In this document: positions 51,106-60,761 of the stretch, one piece after another
Layout of the letters: each line of letters begins with the position of its first letter
Numbering within the stretch: the first letter of the stretch is position 1
Assembly (NCBI GenBank): GCA_963837955.1
Contig: CAWIPH010000002.1
Coordinates: 2,496,001 to 2,560,000, forward strand
Direction: 5' to 3'
DNA from: an uncultured Verrucomicrobiae bacterium
Lineage (GTDB): Bacteria > Verrucomicrobiota > Verrucomicrobiia > Chthoniobacterales > JAFAMB01
Length of the DNA stretch: 64,000 nucleotides
Translations under genes and position numbers: made by a program
Notes under the pieces: generated by a model
The model's database searches: none
What the model was told of the DNA's origin: nothing
The model's input: only the letters and a program-made list of their open reading frames with translations

Positions 51106-52251
51106 ATGCACCCTGGGATGGCTCACGACAGGAAAGATCCGAAGGACGACATCTCGCCGCGGTCGAAGAAGAATCTCCCTTGCGCTAAAATGCCCTCCGC
51201 CGACATACCGGACCCATCGACGCTTCTTGACCCCGCTAAGAGGGGCGACCAGGACGCGTTTCAACAACTCGCCGAGCCCTACCGCCGGGAGCTCCAACTC
51301 CACTGCTATCGTATGCTTGGCTCGCTCCACGACTCCGAAGACCTCGTTCAGGAAACATTGCTGCGCGCCTGGCGAGGCCTCAAAGGCTTCGAAGGACGGG
51401 CCTCTTTCCGCAGCTGGCTCTATCGGATCGCGACCAACGCTTGCCTTAACGCCCTCGCGAGCCGCGGGAGCGCACGTCGAATCTTGCCTGAGATGCATGG
51501 TCCACCCAGCGACCGGCCGCCCGACGGCGAACCAGCCACTGAGATTACCTGGCTCGAACCTTATCCGGATGCGGCGCTCGAGGGTGTAGCCGACTCCGCG
51601 CCGGGTCCAGAAGCCCGCTATGAGATGCGTGAAGCGGTGCAGCTCGCATTCGTTGCGGCGATCCAGCACCTGCCTCCGCGGCAGCGTGCTGTCTTGTTGC
51701 TGCGCGACGTGTTGGGTTGGTCGGCAACCGAGACTGCCGCACTGCTCGACGCCTCGGTCGCGTCAGTCAACAGCACTTTACAGCGGGCGCGCGCTACGCT
51801 TGCGAAAGGGTTCCCCGCGGGCCGGCCCTGCAGCAATCCGGCACCTGACGACCGGCAGCGCGCGCTGGTCGAGCGCTTCGTTCGGGCCTGGGAGGGCGCC
51901 GATCTCGACGGTTTTGTTGCCCTGCTTAAAGAGGATGCAGTCCTGAGCATGCCGCCCTGGCGGCAGTGGTATCTTGGACGTAAGGCGATCCGAGCCTTCT
52001 TCGCCTGGGCATGGGAGTCGCCCTGCTACGCGCCTTTTGCCCTCGTCCCCACCGCCGCGAACCGGCAGCCAGCCTTTGCCGTGTACCACCGCAGCCAGGA
52101 AGGACCCGAATACCAAGCTCACGCGATCAACTTGCTCACGCTCCAGGGTGACACGATCACTGCGCTAACCATCTTCCGCGATCCGCGGCTGTTCGCCGCG
52201 TTCGGGTTACCGGCCCTCCTGCCGACCCGAGAGGCTGTGCCGCCTCCGTAG
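51106..52251 (+). CDS. ECF sigma factor with C-terminal SnoaL-like domain (SigG/ECF56-type); start uncertain
   Basis: HCYRMLGS..D.EDLVQET.LRAW, WLYRIATN.CL, WLEPYPD, QHLPPRQRAV, MPP, ANRQPA. Confidence 0.92.
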   Translation: MHPGMAHDRKDPKDDISPRSKKNLPCAKMPSADIPDPSTLLDPAKRGDQDAFQQLAEPYRRELQLHCYRMLGSLHDSEDLVQETLLRAWRGLKGFEGRASFRSWLYRIATNACLNALASRGSARRILPEMHGPPSDRPPDGEPATEITWLEPYPDAALEGVADSAPGPEARYEMREAVQLAFVAAIQHLPPRQRAVLLLRDVLGWSATETAALLDASVASVNSTLQRARATLAKGFPAGRPCSNPAPDDRQRALVERFVRAWEGADLDGFVALLKEDAVLSMPPWRQWYLGRKAIRAFFAWAWESPCYAPFALVPTAANRQPAFAVYHRSQEGPEYQAHAINLLTLQGDTITALTIFRDPRLFAAFGLPALLPTREAVPPP

Positions 52252-52264
52252 CCTCCTGTGATAA

Positions 52265-52777
52265 ATGAACTCCCCCGTAGCCGACGGCCCTCTTTCAGCG
52301 AGAGCTCTGCTTCGCTGGCAATTCCGGGTTGCTCATGAGCTTCTGGAGGCGACAGTCGAACGGATCACCACCGAAGCGGTTCACCGGTGTCCGTCCGGTA
52401 CGGCTGCTTCGGCCGCAGCTTGCTACGCCCAGGTTGTGTTGTGCGAGGACCTGAGCGTGAACGGAGTGCTCGCCGGCGGAACGCCGCTCGCGCTCTCGAC
52501 CTGGTTCGGCCGCACTGGCGTCAGCGAGATGCCTTTGCTCTCCGATCTCACCGACTGGCGGGCCTGGGCCCAACGGGTGCGGCTCGACTTTGGCGGCCTG
52601 CGACCTTATGCGCGCGCGGTATACGCCTCGACCGAGGAGTACTTGGACGCTCTGCCGGACGACGCTTTCGACCAGCCCCGCGGCGAAACGCCCGCGTGCG
52701 TGCTGAATGCGCTTCTCTTAACGCTATCGATGCGGCGAGGTGAAATCGCCTGCCTGCACGCCCTCGAAGGCCAGTAG
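52265..52777 (+). CDS. DinB-superfamily-like hypothetical protein
   Basis: Helical protein, GEIACL C-terminus, co-oriented with the sigma gene. Confidence 0.6.
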   Translation: MNSPVADGPLSARALLRWQFRVAHELLEATVERITTEAVHRCPSGTAASAAACYAQVVLCEDLSVNGVLAGGTPLALSTWFGRTGVSEMPLLSDLTDWRAWAQRVRLDFGGLRPYARAVYASTEEYLDALPDDAFDQPRGETPACVLNALLLTLSMRRGEIACLHALEGQ

Positions 52778-53334
52778 ACTCCTGATGCGCCCGGTTCCGG
52801 TGTGCGGTGATTCCCAAGCAGACGCTAAATACAAGTGCTTAAAGGAAGCGAGGACGTGGATGGACGCGAGTACGCGAATCCGTCCCAATCTGAAAGCTAC
52901 AAAAGAACGCCAAGAACACAGAGATCTTTTAAACAGAAGGTAACAAAGGGGTTGATTGATAAATCAAATGCTAGTCCAGGGAACGGTGCACTAATTGTTA
53001 AGCAAGGGCCAAGGAAGTGGCGATAGCCAATCGTGCGGTAGGGTAGGTCTTTGGTTTTTTGGGGAAGTTCCTCTTTAGAGAGACTCCCGGCTTGCTCCTG
53101 TTACTAGCCAGTCACAGTGCATTCTCGCCGGGACACAAATCGAGAATTTGTAAACCCCATAGTTTTTTTCGACATTGTTAAAGAAATGACGTGATAAGGC
53201 TTGTGTAAACGCGCGCGGCTATGATAGCCCACACATCTCCGGCGCGTCTGGCTTACACAGAAATGTCCCTCCCCAGTTTCTTCCTGTCTTCCAGGCACCG
53301 CGGAAATTCCTCAAACAGAAGAGAAAAATACATT

Positions 53335-55389
53335 ATGGAAGGTCTATTTCACACGCGGGGTCTGACTGGGTTGACCCGCTTTACTCAAGCCGCCGCTAAA
53401 TTCCGGCAGCTCGGAACTATTATGTTGGGCGGACTAGCATTGCCGCTGGTCGCGCACGGCGAAGCAACGGTGGATGTCTCACCGCTGGTTGCTAAATCGA
53501 CAGTTACCGGATCGACTAACCCGACGAAAGAAATCAGTGTGGTGCTGGTACTGCCGCTGAAAGACGCGAAGGGTGCAGCCGAGTTTGCTCAGCGCGTTTC
53601 CAGCGTTAAAGACGAACTCTATGGAAAATTTCTAACCCCCCAAGAATTCGCTGCCACCTACGGTGGAGATGAAGCGGATTACACGGCGGTGAAGGAGTGG
53701 GCCAAAACCAACAAGCTGAAAATCTCGCAAGAGTCCGTTAGCCGGACGACATTGACAGTGCGGGGCACAGTTGCGCAATTTGAGGCTCTTTTTAACACGC
53801 ACATCAGCGATTACCGTTCGCCGAAAGGAGATGAATTCTATTCGGCCAGCACTAAACCAACGGTCCCCATTGGAATCTCGGCCAAGCTGATAGGAGTCAT
53901 CGGTTTGACCAGCAGCACGCATTTCGCACCGCTAGCCCAAATTTACAAGAAGCTCGGTGAAACGCCTGCAGCCAAAATTACTCCAGACACCGCTGGAGGG
54001 ACCGGCCCGGGCGGAGCTTATAGCGCTGCTGATTTGCGAACCGCTTACTCCATCCCGGCGCTCGGTGGCACAGTGCCGCAAATAGTCGCTGTGTTTGAAC
54101 AAGGTGGCTTCGATCCGAAAGACGTTGAGAAATATCTCAAGACCAACGATCTGCCGCACGTCCCGGTCACGGCGCGCAACGTGAACGGCTATGGGGGTGG
54201 GGTTAATGATCCAGGGGTAGAACTTGAGGCAGTGCTCGATATCGACATGGTCATCGGTCTCAATCCGGCGGTTAACGAAGTGCTGGTGTACGAGGATGGA
54301 GACGATCCATTCGGCGTTGCTCTCATTGACGCTCTGGCGGATGTGGCCAGCGATAACCTCGCGCAGACTCTGAGCATATCCTATGGCACCGACGAAGTGA
54401 TCCAGGGTAACGCTCAGATCAAGGCGGAAGGTCAGCAGTTCGTCCAGCTTGCGGCCCAAGGCCAAACCGTGTTGGTCAGCTCTGGAGACCAAGGCGCCTA
54501 CGGCCGGAGCGGAGCGGGCTTGAACGCGAGCGACCCGGGAGCCCAACCGTTAGTGACTTCTGTCGGTGGCACAAGCTTGTTCACCTTTACGCATCAAGCG
54601 TACATCGCCGAAGAAGTCTGGAACGACTTGGGAGCGAACCTAGGCGCAACCGGCGGCGGCGTCAGCGCGTATTGGGCGATTCCGTCCTGGCAGATACCTT
54701 CGCAAGTAACTCCCAACGGCGGATCTGCCACTAATCGCAACTTCCCAGATATTTCTGCGGTAGGTAATCCAGCCACCGGTGTTGCGGTCTATTCTGCTAT
54801 CAACGGAGGGTGGATTCAAATTGGTGGAACCAGTGTTTCGTCGCCGATATGGGGCGGCTATATAAGCGTTCTTAACTCAGCTCGTCTAACAGTCGGCCTC
54901 GGCAAGATCGGGTTTTTCAATCCGCTCTTATATAGTCTGGCCCCAACCACGTTCGGCATTTTGAATGACATCCTTGATGGCTCTAACGGGAACGCGGCGA
55001 TTTTCGGCATTCCCGGTTACAACGCCGGACCGGGTTATGATAATTGCACCGGGTGGGGATCGATGAACGGCCAGGGGTTTGCGAGCGGTTTGCTCCTGAC
55101 GCCAACTAAGGGGGGAAAGCCTCCCGGTACGTTCGGTGGCCTAGCCGGGACAGCGCAAACGACGACGATAAAGGCGTCTTGGGCCGTCTCGAAAGGAGCA
55201 ACTGGTTATCTGCTCCAGGCATTTCCGACTAGCAGCTTTGCTGCATACAACGTCGTTTCGAAGGGTACGAGCGGCGAGCTGACCGGTCTAGCGCCTGGGA
55301 CGACCTATTTCGTCCAAGTGGATGCCCTAAACCAAAGCGGTGCTACTACGACCTCGAGCGGAATTTATCTGACGACGAAGAAGAAGTAA
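53335..55389 (+). CDS. exported S53 (sedolisin/kumamolisin) serine protease with pro-domain and C-terminal FN3-like domain
   Basis: YGKFLTPQEF pro-domain, EAVLD, SISYG, SSGDQG, GGTS, GYDNCTGWGS, GLAPGTTY. Confidence 0.93.
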   Translation: MEGLFHTRGLTGLTRFTQAAAKFRQLGTIMLGGLALPLVAHGEATVDVSPLVAKSTVTGSTNPTKEISVVLVLPLKDAKGAAEFAQRVSSVKDELYGKFLTPQEFAATYGGDEADYTAVKEWAKTNKLKISQESVSRTTLTVRGTVAQFEALFNTHISDYRSPKGDEFYSASTKPTVPIGISAKLIGVIGLTSSTHFAPLAQIYKKLGETPAAKITPDTAGGTGPGGAYSAADLRTAYSIPALGGTVPQIVAVFEQGGFDPKDVEKYLKTNDLPHVPVTARNVNGYGGGVNDPGVELEAVLDIDMVIGLNPAVNEVLVYEDGDDPFGVALIDALADVASDNLAQTLSISYGTDEVIQGNAQIKAEGQQFVQLAAQGQTVLVSSGDQGAYGRSGAGLNASDPGAQPLVTSVGGTSLFTFTHQAYIAEEVWNDLGANLGATGGGVSAYWAIPSWQIPSQVTPNGGSATNRNFPDISAVGNPATGVAVYSAINGGWIQIGGTSVSSPIWGGYISVLNSARLTVGLGKIGFFNPLLYSLAPTTFGILNDILDGSNGNAAIFGIPGYNAGPGYDNCTGWGSMNGQGFASGLLLTPTKGGKPPGTFGGLAGTAQTTTIKASWAVSKGATGYLLQAFPTSSFAAYNVVSKGTSGELTGLAPGTTYFVQVDALNQSGATTTSSGIYLTTKKK

Positions 55390-55781
55390 GGCTGATTCGT
55401 TCTCCGAAACGAGTTATTCCGGACAGGGTACCTGGGAGCGCGGCTGCGGCTTTGCGCCCCAGGTGCCGTATCTAGCTGATGAGAAGTGAATGGTGATTGG
55501 TGAAAGGGAATTCTCGCTAAGAAAAAATTCGGGCAGTGTAGTACATCAGGAAACTGCGGCGGTTGGCCTCCGGCTCCATCTCGCAAAGGGCCGTCACACA
55601 CTTCTTTCAGCCGCAGGCACCGGGACCGAAGACGCACTCCTGCACTTTGCTTCGTTCACCCGCTACGGCGTAGGACCTTCTCGCCGCGGCAAATGCCGCA
55701 TCGGCCCGCTTTACGCGGACAGAGGCCAGTCATTCGCTTGCCGCGGCCCTGTATTTCTCCGTCCCCTTCTATTCAAATCCG

Positions 55782-55814
55782 TCTTTGCGCCTTTGCGTCT
55801 TTGCGTGAGATTTT
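55782..55814. repeat. single arm of the CTCACGCAAAGACGC palindromic family
   Basis: CTTTGCGCCTTTGCGTCTTTGCGTGAGATTTT. Confidence 0.7.
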
Positions 55815-55865
55815 CTCGCTCTTCCGAGATTCAAAACACCCAGTCGCGAAAAAGGTGCCGGGCAA

Positions 55866-55892
55866 TGTCCTAAGTGCAGCGGCTAGAACGTC
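55866..55892 (+). promoter_or_regulatory. ECF42-type promoter motif (weaker)
   Basis: TGTCC-TAAGTGCAG-CGGCTAGAACGTC. Confidence 0.55.
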
Positions 55893-55959
55893 GGATGATT
55901 AAATGCCGCACGGATCAATCACAGGCGGTTTCTCGATCAATTCTGAACAAAGAACAAAT

Positions 55960-57402
55960 ATGAAAACGAAGCCTCTACTGCAGAAGAGACGTAAAGCTCG
56001 GCAGAAAGGACAAGGAGGAGCAAGCGTCAGAGACCTTGTGTTCTCCAGCGCATTGGAATTGGCGGCCGCGATCCGGGCGGGCCAAGTTTCGGCGACGGAG
56101 GTGCTGGAAGCGCATCTAGCCCAGATCGAGAAGCACAATCCCTCTCTGAACGCTGTCGTCATCATGGATGCCGAAGGGGCCCGGGTACGGGCACGAAAGG
56201 CCGATGAAGCCTTGGCGCGGGGCGAGGCATGGGGGCCGCTCCATGGCGTGCCGTTCACGCTGAAGGACGTCCATTCGACTGCCGGCATGCGGACCACTGT
56301 GGGTTTTCCGCTATTGGCCGAACATGTGCCTCAAGAGGACAGCACCGTGACTGCCCGCCTCAAGCAGGCCGGCGGCATCCTCGTCGGTAAGACCAACGTG
56401 GCGATGATGCTGGCCGACTATCAGTCCAGCAATCCGATCTTCGGCCGCACCAACAATCCGTGGAACGTCGAGCGCACGCCTGGCGGGTCCAGCGGCGGTG
56501 CGGCAGCGGCGCTGGCTGCCGGCATGACGCCCTTCGAAATCGGCACCGATCTCTCCAGCTCGATTCGCATTCCGGCACATTGTTGCGGCGTGTTTGGACT
56601 GAAGCCGACTGAAAATCGAGTCCCGATCACCGGACTCTTCCCAGATCCAAGAGGCACGCCACGAAGTATCCGCATCATGTTGTCGATCGGGCCGATGGCG
56701 CGCACGGTCGAGGATCTGGAACTGCTCTACCAGATTATCGCTGGGCCGGACGGACGTGATACCGAGGTGCGGCCCGTACCGGTCGACGATACGCCGGAAC
56801 TCGACCTCAAGACCTTGCGGATCGCCATTGCGCCGACCTTTCCCGGTTTTCCGGTAGCGGCCGATATTCGCGCCGCTGTCGAAGACCTGGCGCGACAACT
56901 GGAGCGCTCGGGTGCGGTCGTCGAGGAAGCGACCCTGCCCGAGCTCGACTTCAGCCAGGAACTGTCCAGTGCAGGCGATTTGATCGGCATGATAGTCGGT
57001 GCCCTCCAGCCCGGCGGACAGGGGCAACCGGCAACCTTTGTGCAGTACCTCGAGGCGCTGCACCGGCGGGACCAATCCATTATAGCATGGGAGCGGTTCT
57101 TCGAGGACTGGGATGCGCTGCTGTGCCCGGCCTCTATGGTCACGGCGTTTCCTCACTGCGAGCAGGGAACACCGCTCAAAGTCGATGGCAAGGACGTCAG
57201 CTATTGGATGGTCAGCGCTCACGGCGCCCTATTCAATCATACCGGCCATCCGGCCGTGGTGTTGCCCTCTAAGCTCGATCGTGACGGATTGCCGATCGGG
57301 CTCCAACTGGTGGGCAAGCGTTGGAATGACTCCCGGCTTCTAGCAATCGCCAAGGCCCTCTCGCCGGTGACCGGCGGATTCCGGCGGCCGCCAAACTATT
57401 GA
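55960..57402 (+). CDS. amidase (amidase signature family)
   Basis: GPLHGVPFTLKD, GKTN, TPGGSSGG, GTD..SSIRIPA, GLPIGLQ. Confidence 0.93.
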   Translation: MKTKPLLQKRRKARQKGQGGASVRDLVFSSALELAAAIRAGQVSATEVLEAHLAQIEKHNPSLNAVVIMDAEGARVRARKADEALARGEAWGPLHGVPFTLKDVHSTAGMRTTVGFPLLAEHVPQEDSTVTARLKQAGGILVGKTNVAMMLADYQSSNPIFGRTNNPWNVERTPGGSSGGAAAALAAGMTPFEIGTDLSSSIRIPAHCCGVFGLKPTENRVPITGLFPDPRGTPRSIRIMLSIGPMARTVEDLELLYQIIAGPDGRDTEVRPVPVDDTPELDLKTLRIAIAPTFPGFPVAADIRAAVEDLARQLERSGAVVEEATLPELDFSQELSSAGDLIGMIVGALQPGGQGQPATFVQYLEALHRRDQSIIAWERFFEDWDALLCPASMVTAFPHCEQGTPLKVDGKDVSYWMVSAHGALFNHTGHPAVVLPSKLDRDGLPIGLQLVGKRWNDSRLLAIAKALSPVTGGFRRPPNY

Positions 57403-57480
57403 GCCAATAGCGAGCTTTCGTCTAAATAACAGCTGGCGAAGATATTCCTGATAGCCGGGAAACAATATAGCCACGGTGTG

Positions 57481-57507
57481 TGTCCTGAACAGGCCGGCTC
57501 GTTCGTC
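57481..57507 (+). promoter_or_regulatory. ECF42-type promoter motif
   Basis: TGTCC-TGAACAGGC-CGGCTCGTTCGTC. Confidence 0.7.
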
Positions 57508-57560
57508 GTCCAATCGAACTCAGTTACAGAATCATCTAAAAAAAGCAAACAGAGAACGAC

Positions 57561-58034
57561 ATGCAAAAAATCACCCCATTCTTGTGGTTCGACGGCAAAG
57601 CCGAAGAGGCGATGAATTTTTATCTTTCTATTTTTAAAAACTCAAAGGTTGTCAGCGTTAATCGATCTGGAGAAGAAGGGCCAGGAACGAAGGGGAAGGT
57701 AACGAGCGTAAGATTCCAACTCGAGGGCCAAGAATTTTTCGGGCTGAACGGTGGCCCTGAATTCACCTTCTCGCCGGCCATATCGTTCTTCGTGGACTGT
57801 GAGACGCAGCAAGAAGTAGACGAGCTGTGGGAGAAGCTTTCTGAAGGCGGCGAGAAAAGCAGATGTGGCTGGCTAAAAGACAAATTTGGTCTGTCGTGGC
57901 AAATCATTCCCTCGGTTTTAGGCGAACTGTTGCAAGACAAAGATGCTGAGAAATCAGAAAGGGTCTGGGAGGCAATGCTTCAAATGGGAAAAATTGACAT
58001 AAAAGGCTTAAAGCATGCGTACAGCCAAGGATAA
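57561..58034 (+). CDS. VOC family protein (3-demethylubiquinone-9 3-methyltransferase-like/PhnB)
   Basis: QKITPFLWF, LNGGP.F.F.PAISF, CGWLKDKFGLSWQ. Confidence 0.93.
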   Translation: MQKITPFLWFDGKAEEAMNFYLSIFKNSKVVSVNRSGEEGPGTKGKVTSVRFQLEGQEFFGLNGGPEFTFSPAISFFVDCETQQEVDELWEKLSEGGEKSRCGWLKDKFGLSWQIIPSVLGELLQDKDAEKSERVWEAMLQMGKIDIKGLKHAYSQG

Positions 58035-58528
58035 CTCTGCATAAGCCACAAAAGAGCCCGACAGCGACGAGTGCCAAATCGGTTGATTGCGGCTTTACCC
58101 ACGACGGGTAGGGCGAAACACGCCGTTGAGCGACAGCGAAATAAGGCGTGTGAGCCAAACGTGGGACGATCGAAAGCAAGCTTGTGGAGTAATACAGATC
58201 GGCTTCGCAAAAAGACACAGATCCTCCTGGCTATTTCCGGATGGCGTGAGGTGACTCGGCAACTGGTAGGCTACATGACAGTTTTTTAATCAGTCCATCG
58301 CTGATGCTGTAATGTTCCTTTGGAACACTGCTCGCGTGAGCAGATATAAGCACCTGCGTTTTGGCACAATCGCTGGTCTGTGGCCTGGTTCGATGCTCTT
58401 GGCAATCGCCACACTAGGAATTACCGCGGGATCAGCGAAGGAAATCTCGTCACCTATTGCGGTTTCGCAGTTTCGTTCGGGAGCTTACGCGCTGGTGCGG
58501 GAAATGCCGGTCCGAAAACCGAAAAGTA

Positions 58529-58849
58529 TTCCGCAGAAGAGATATCCGCAGATTACGTGAATTACGCAGATTCGGATTGGCTCAGGATCACCAAAAAAAC
58601 AGTGAACTTTCTCAAGCAAAAGATCAGGTCTGTTTTTCAACTGCCCTCATTGAATCTGCGTAATCTGTGGATTGTTCTTTCCCGGGAAGAACCTAAATCC
58701 GCAGATTACGTGAATTACGCAGATTCGGATTGGTTCTGGATCATCAAAAATCGATGAACTTTTCTCAACCAAAGATCAGATCTGTTTTCAGCTACAACTC
58801 TTTGAATCTGCGTAATCTGTGCAATCTGCGGATTATTTCCTCTGCGGAG
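58529..58849. repeat. two tandem 153-bp-period palindromic units (CCGCAGATTACG arms)
   Basis: ATCCGCAGATTACGTGAATTACGCAGATTCGGATTGG at 58544 and 58697, each closed by GAATCTGCGTAATCTG. Confidence 0.88.
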
Positions 58850-58912
58850 TTCGGTTAAAACTCATACACTTCGGCGGATGTGACGATCGGTTAGCCGGAC
58901 ACCTCCCGGAGC

Positions 58913-59410
58913 TCAAGAGGAGGGACGATCCGAGATCTGTCGGGCGTAGTTGGCCAGCGACCGCCGATATCTGGTCATGTGACCGGACAGCGCGGTCAAG
59001 GCGATCGAAACTGCTTCGCGCTCGCGTCCCACATCAACAAGGGCAAGAGCGAGGAAGGCATCGACCGCGTCGTCCAGGTAATCACCGGCAGCACGTTCGG
59101 CCGTCAGCAGCTCGACGCTCTCCGACGCCCTGCCGATATTTCGCAATGAGCTGGCCATTTGGATCACAGCTCGACGTCGACGCTCACCTTGCAGCCCGAG
59201 TTCAAGTGCCTGCTGATACAACGGCACTGCCATGTCGGAATGGCCGGTCGAATCCAACGAAGATGCCCGTTCGAAGGCTGCCTCCGGCCTGCCCGGCAGC
59301 TCGGCGGCGAGTTTGTCCATCCGGGCCAGAAACTCCTCCTCGCTTTGGTCATCGATTGACTCCCATAAATCCGATATTCGCTGTTCCCACTCCGCACTAG
59401 CGATTGTCAT
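58913..59410 (-). CDS. tetratricopeptide repeat protein
   Basis: FERAS.LDSTG...AVPLY..AL..GL, IQMASSLRNIGR. Confidence 0.8.
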   Translation of the reverse strand: MTIASAEWEQRISDLWESIDDQSEEEFLARMDKLAAELPGRPEAAFERASSLDSTGHSDMAVPLYQQALELGLQGERRRRAVIQMASSLRNIGRASESVELLTAERAAGDYLDDAVDAFLALALVDVGREREAVSIALTALSGHMTRYRRSLANYARQISDRPSS

Positions 59411-59611
59411 GCGTCCAAGGCTAGGTAGCCGTTTACCCAGGTCAAGCGGTATTCAGGCAGCCAGTGACAGTGGTGAGAGCCCGGTCAGAGCGTCGCGGTA
59501 ATCGAAGCCGTGTTTCATGTCTCGGCACAGTCGAAAGCACGTACCGGTTGCCATCTGCGCGGTTTTTCTGTAGGCAACGCTGTCTGAGCTAAAAAGGGTA
59601 ATTAAACGAGC

Positions 59612-60595
59612 ATGAAGGTTTTGGTTACAGGAAGCGCTGGGCACCTTGGCGAAGCGCTGGTCCGCACTCTGCAGGAGATGAAACACCAGGTCATTGGTGT
59701 TGATATTCGTGAAACTCGGTTCACCACCAACGTCTGCTCGATCATTGACCGACCTTGCGTGAAGGGGTGCATCAATGGCGTGGACGCCGTCTTCCACACC
59801 GCCACTCTGCACAAGCCTCATGTTGTCACCCACAGTCGGCAGGACTTCATCGACACCAACGTCACCGGCACGCTCAATCTGCTCGAAGAAGCGATAGCGG
59901 CAGGTGTCAAGTCGTTCGTCTTCACGAGCACAACCAGCGTTTTCGGTGATGCCCTTGTGCCGCCGCCCGGAGCGCCGGCGACTTGGGTGACCGAGGATGT
60001 TACGCCCGTTCCCAAAAATATCTATGGTGTGACCAAAGTGGCGGCGGAGGACCTTTGCCAGCTATTCCACAGGAACCACGGGCTTGCCTGCATCGTGCTC
60101 AGGACGTCGCGATTTTTTCCCGAAGTGGACGACAACAAAGTCGTGCGCGAGACCTACGCCGACGACAATGTCAAGACGAACGAATATCTCTTCCGGCGCG
60201 TAGATATCGAAGACGTCGTCAGTGCGCATGTGCTGGCGGCTGACCGCGCACCCGCAATCGGTTTTGGCCGATACATAATCAGTGCAACCACGCCGTTCCT
60301 GCCTGACGATTTAAGAGACTTGCGTGCGGACGGACCGTTGGCCGTGCGGCGGCGCGTTCCGGGCTACGAAACCGAGTATAAACGACGGGGCTGGAAGATG
60401 TTTCCGAGCATTGAGAGAGTGTATGTCAATTCTCGGGCCCGAAGCGATCTCGGTTGGCGACCCCGTTTTGATTTCAGCTATGTTGTCGAGCGTCTGAGAG
60501 CGGAAGATGATCCGAGAAGTCGTCTGGCGCGGATCATCGGGTCAAAGGGATACCATGCTGAGGCATTTGCCGAGGGACCTTATCCTGTAGGATGA
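59612..60595 (+). CDS. NAD-dependent epimerase/dehydratase family protein
   Basis: VTGSAGHLG, YGVTK (YxxxK), LRTSRFF. Confidence 0.92.
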   Translation: MKVLVTGSAGHLGEALVRTLQEMKHQVIGVDIRETRFTTNVCSIIDRPCVKGCINGVDAVFHTATLHKPHVVTHSRQDFIDTNVTGTLNLLEEAIAAGVKSFVFTSTTSVFGDALVPPPGAPATWVTEDVTPVPKNIYGVTKVAAEDLCQLFHRNHGLACIVLRTSRFFPEVDDNKVVRETYADDNVKTNEYLFRRVDIEDVVSAHVLAADRAPAIGFGRYIISATTPFLPDDLRDLRADGPLAVRRRVPGYETEYKRRGWKMFPSIERVYVNSRARSDLGWRPRFDFSYVVERLRAEDDPRSRLARIIGSKGYHAEAFAEGPYPVG

Positions 60596-60761
60596 ACCGT
60601 TCCGCATACGCTTAAGGCCGCGCGATAAGTGCAGCTACTGTCGAGGCTTGCACCTGGTGATGGTGACGGTTTGGCCCCGCAAGGGGACGATCTCTTAGTA
60701 ACCGAAAAACCTTGCTGACATAGCATTGTCAGTGATTTGCTCCATGGTGCAGCTCAGTTCA

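Noticed and set aside
58544..58833. CRISPR array (37-bp identical repeats)
   Set aside because: Only two copies, the intervening ~116 bp are too long and homologous to each other.
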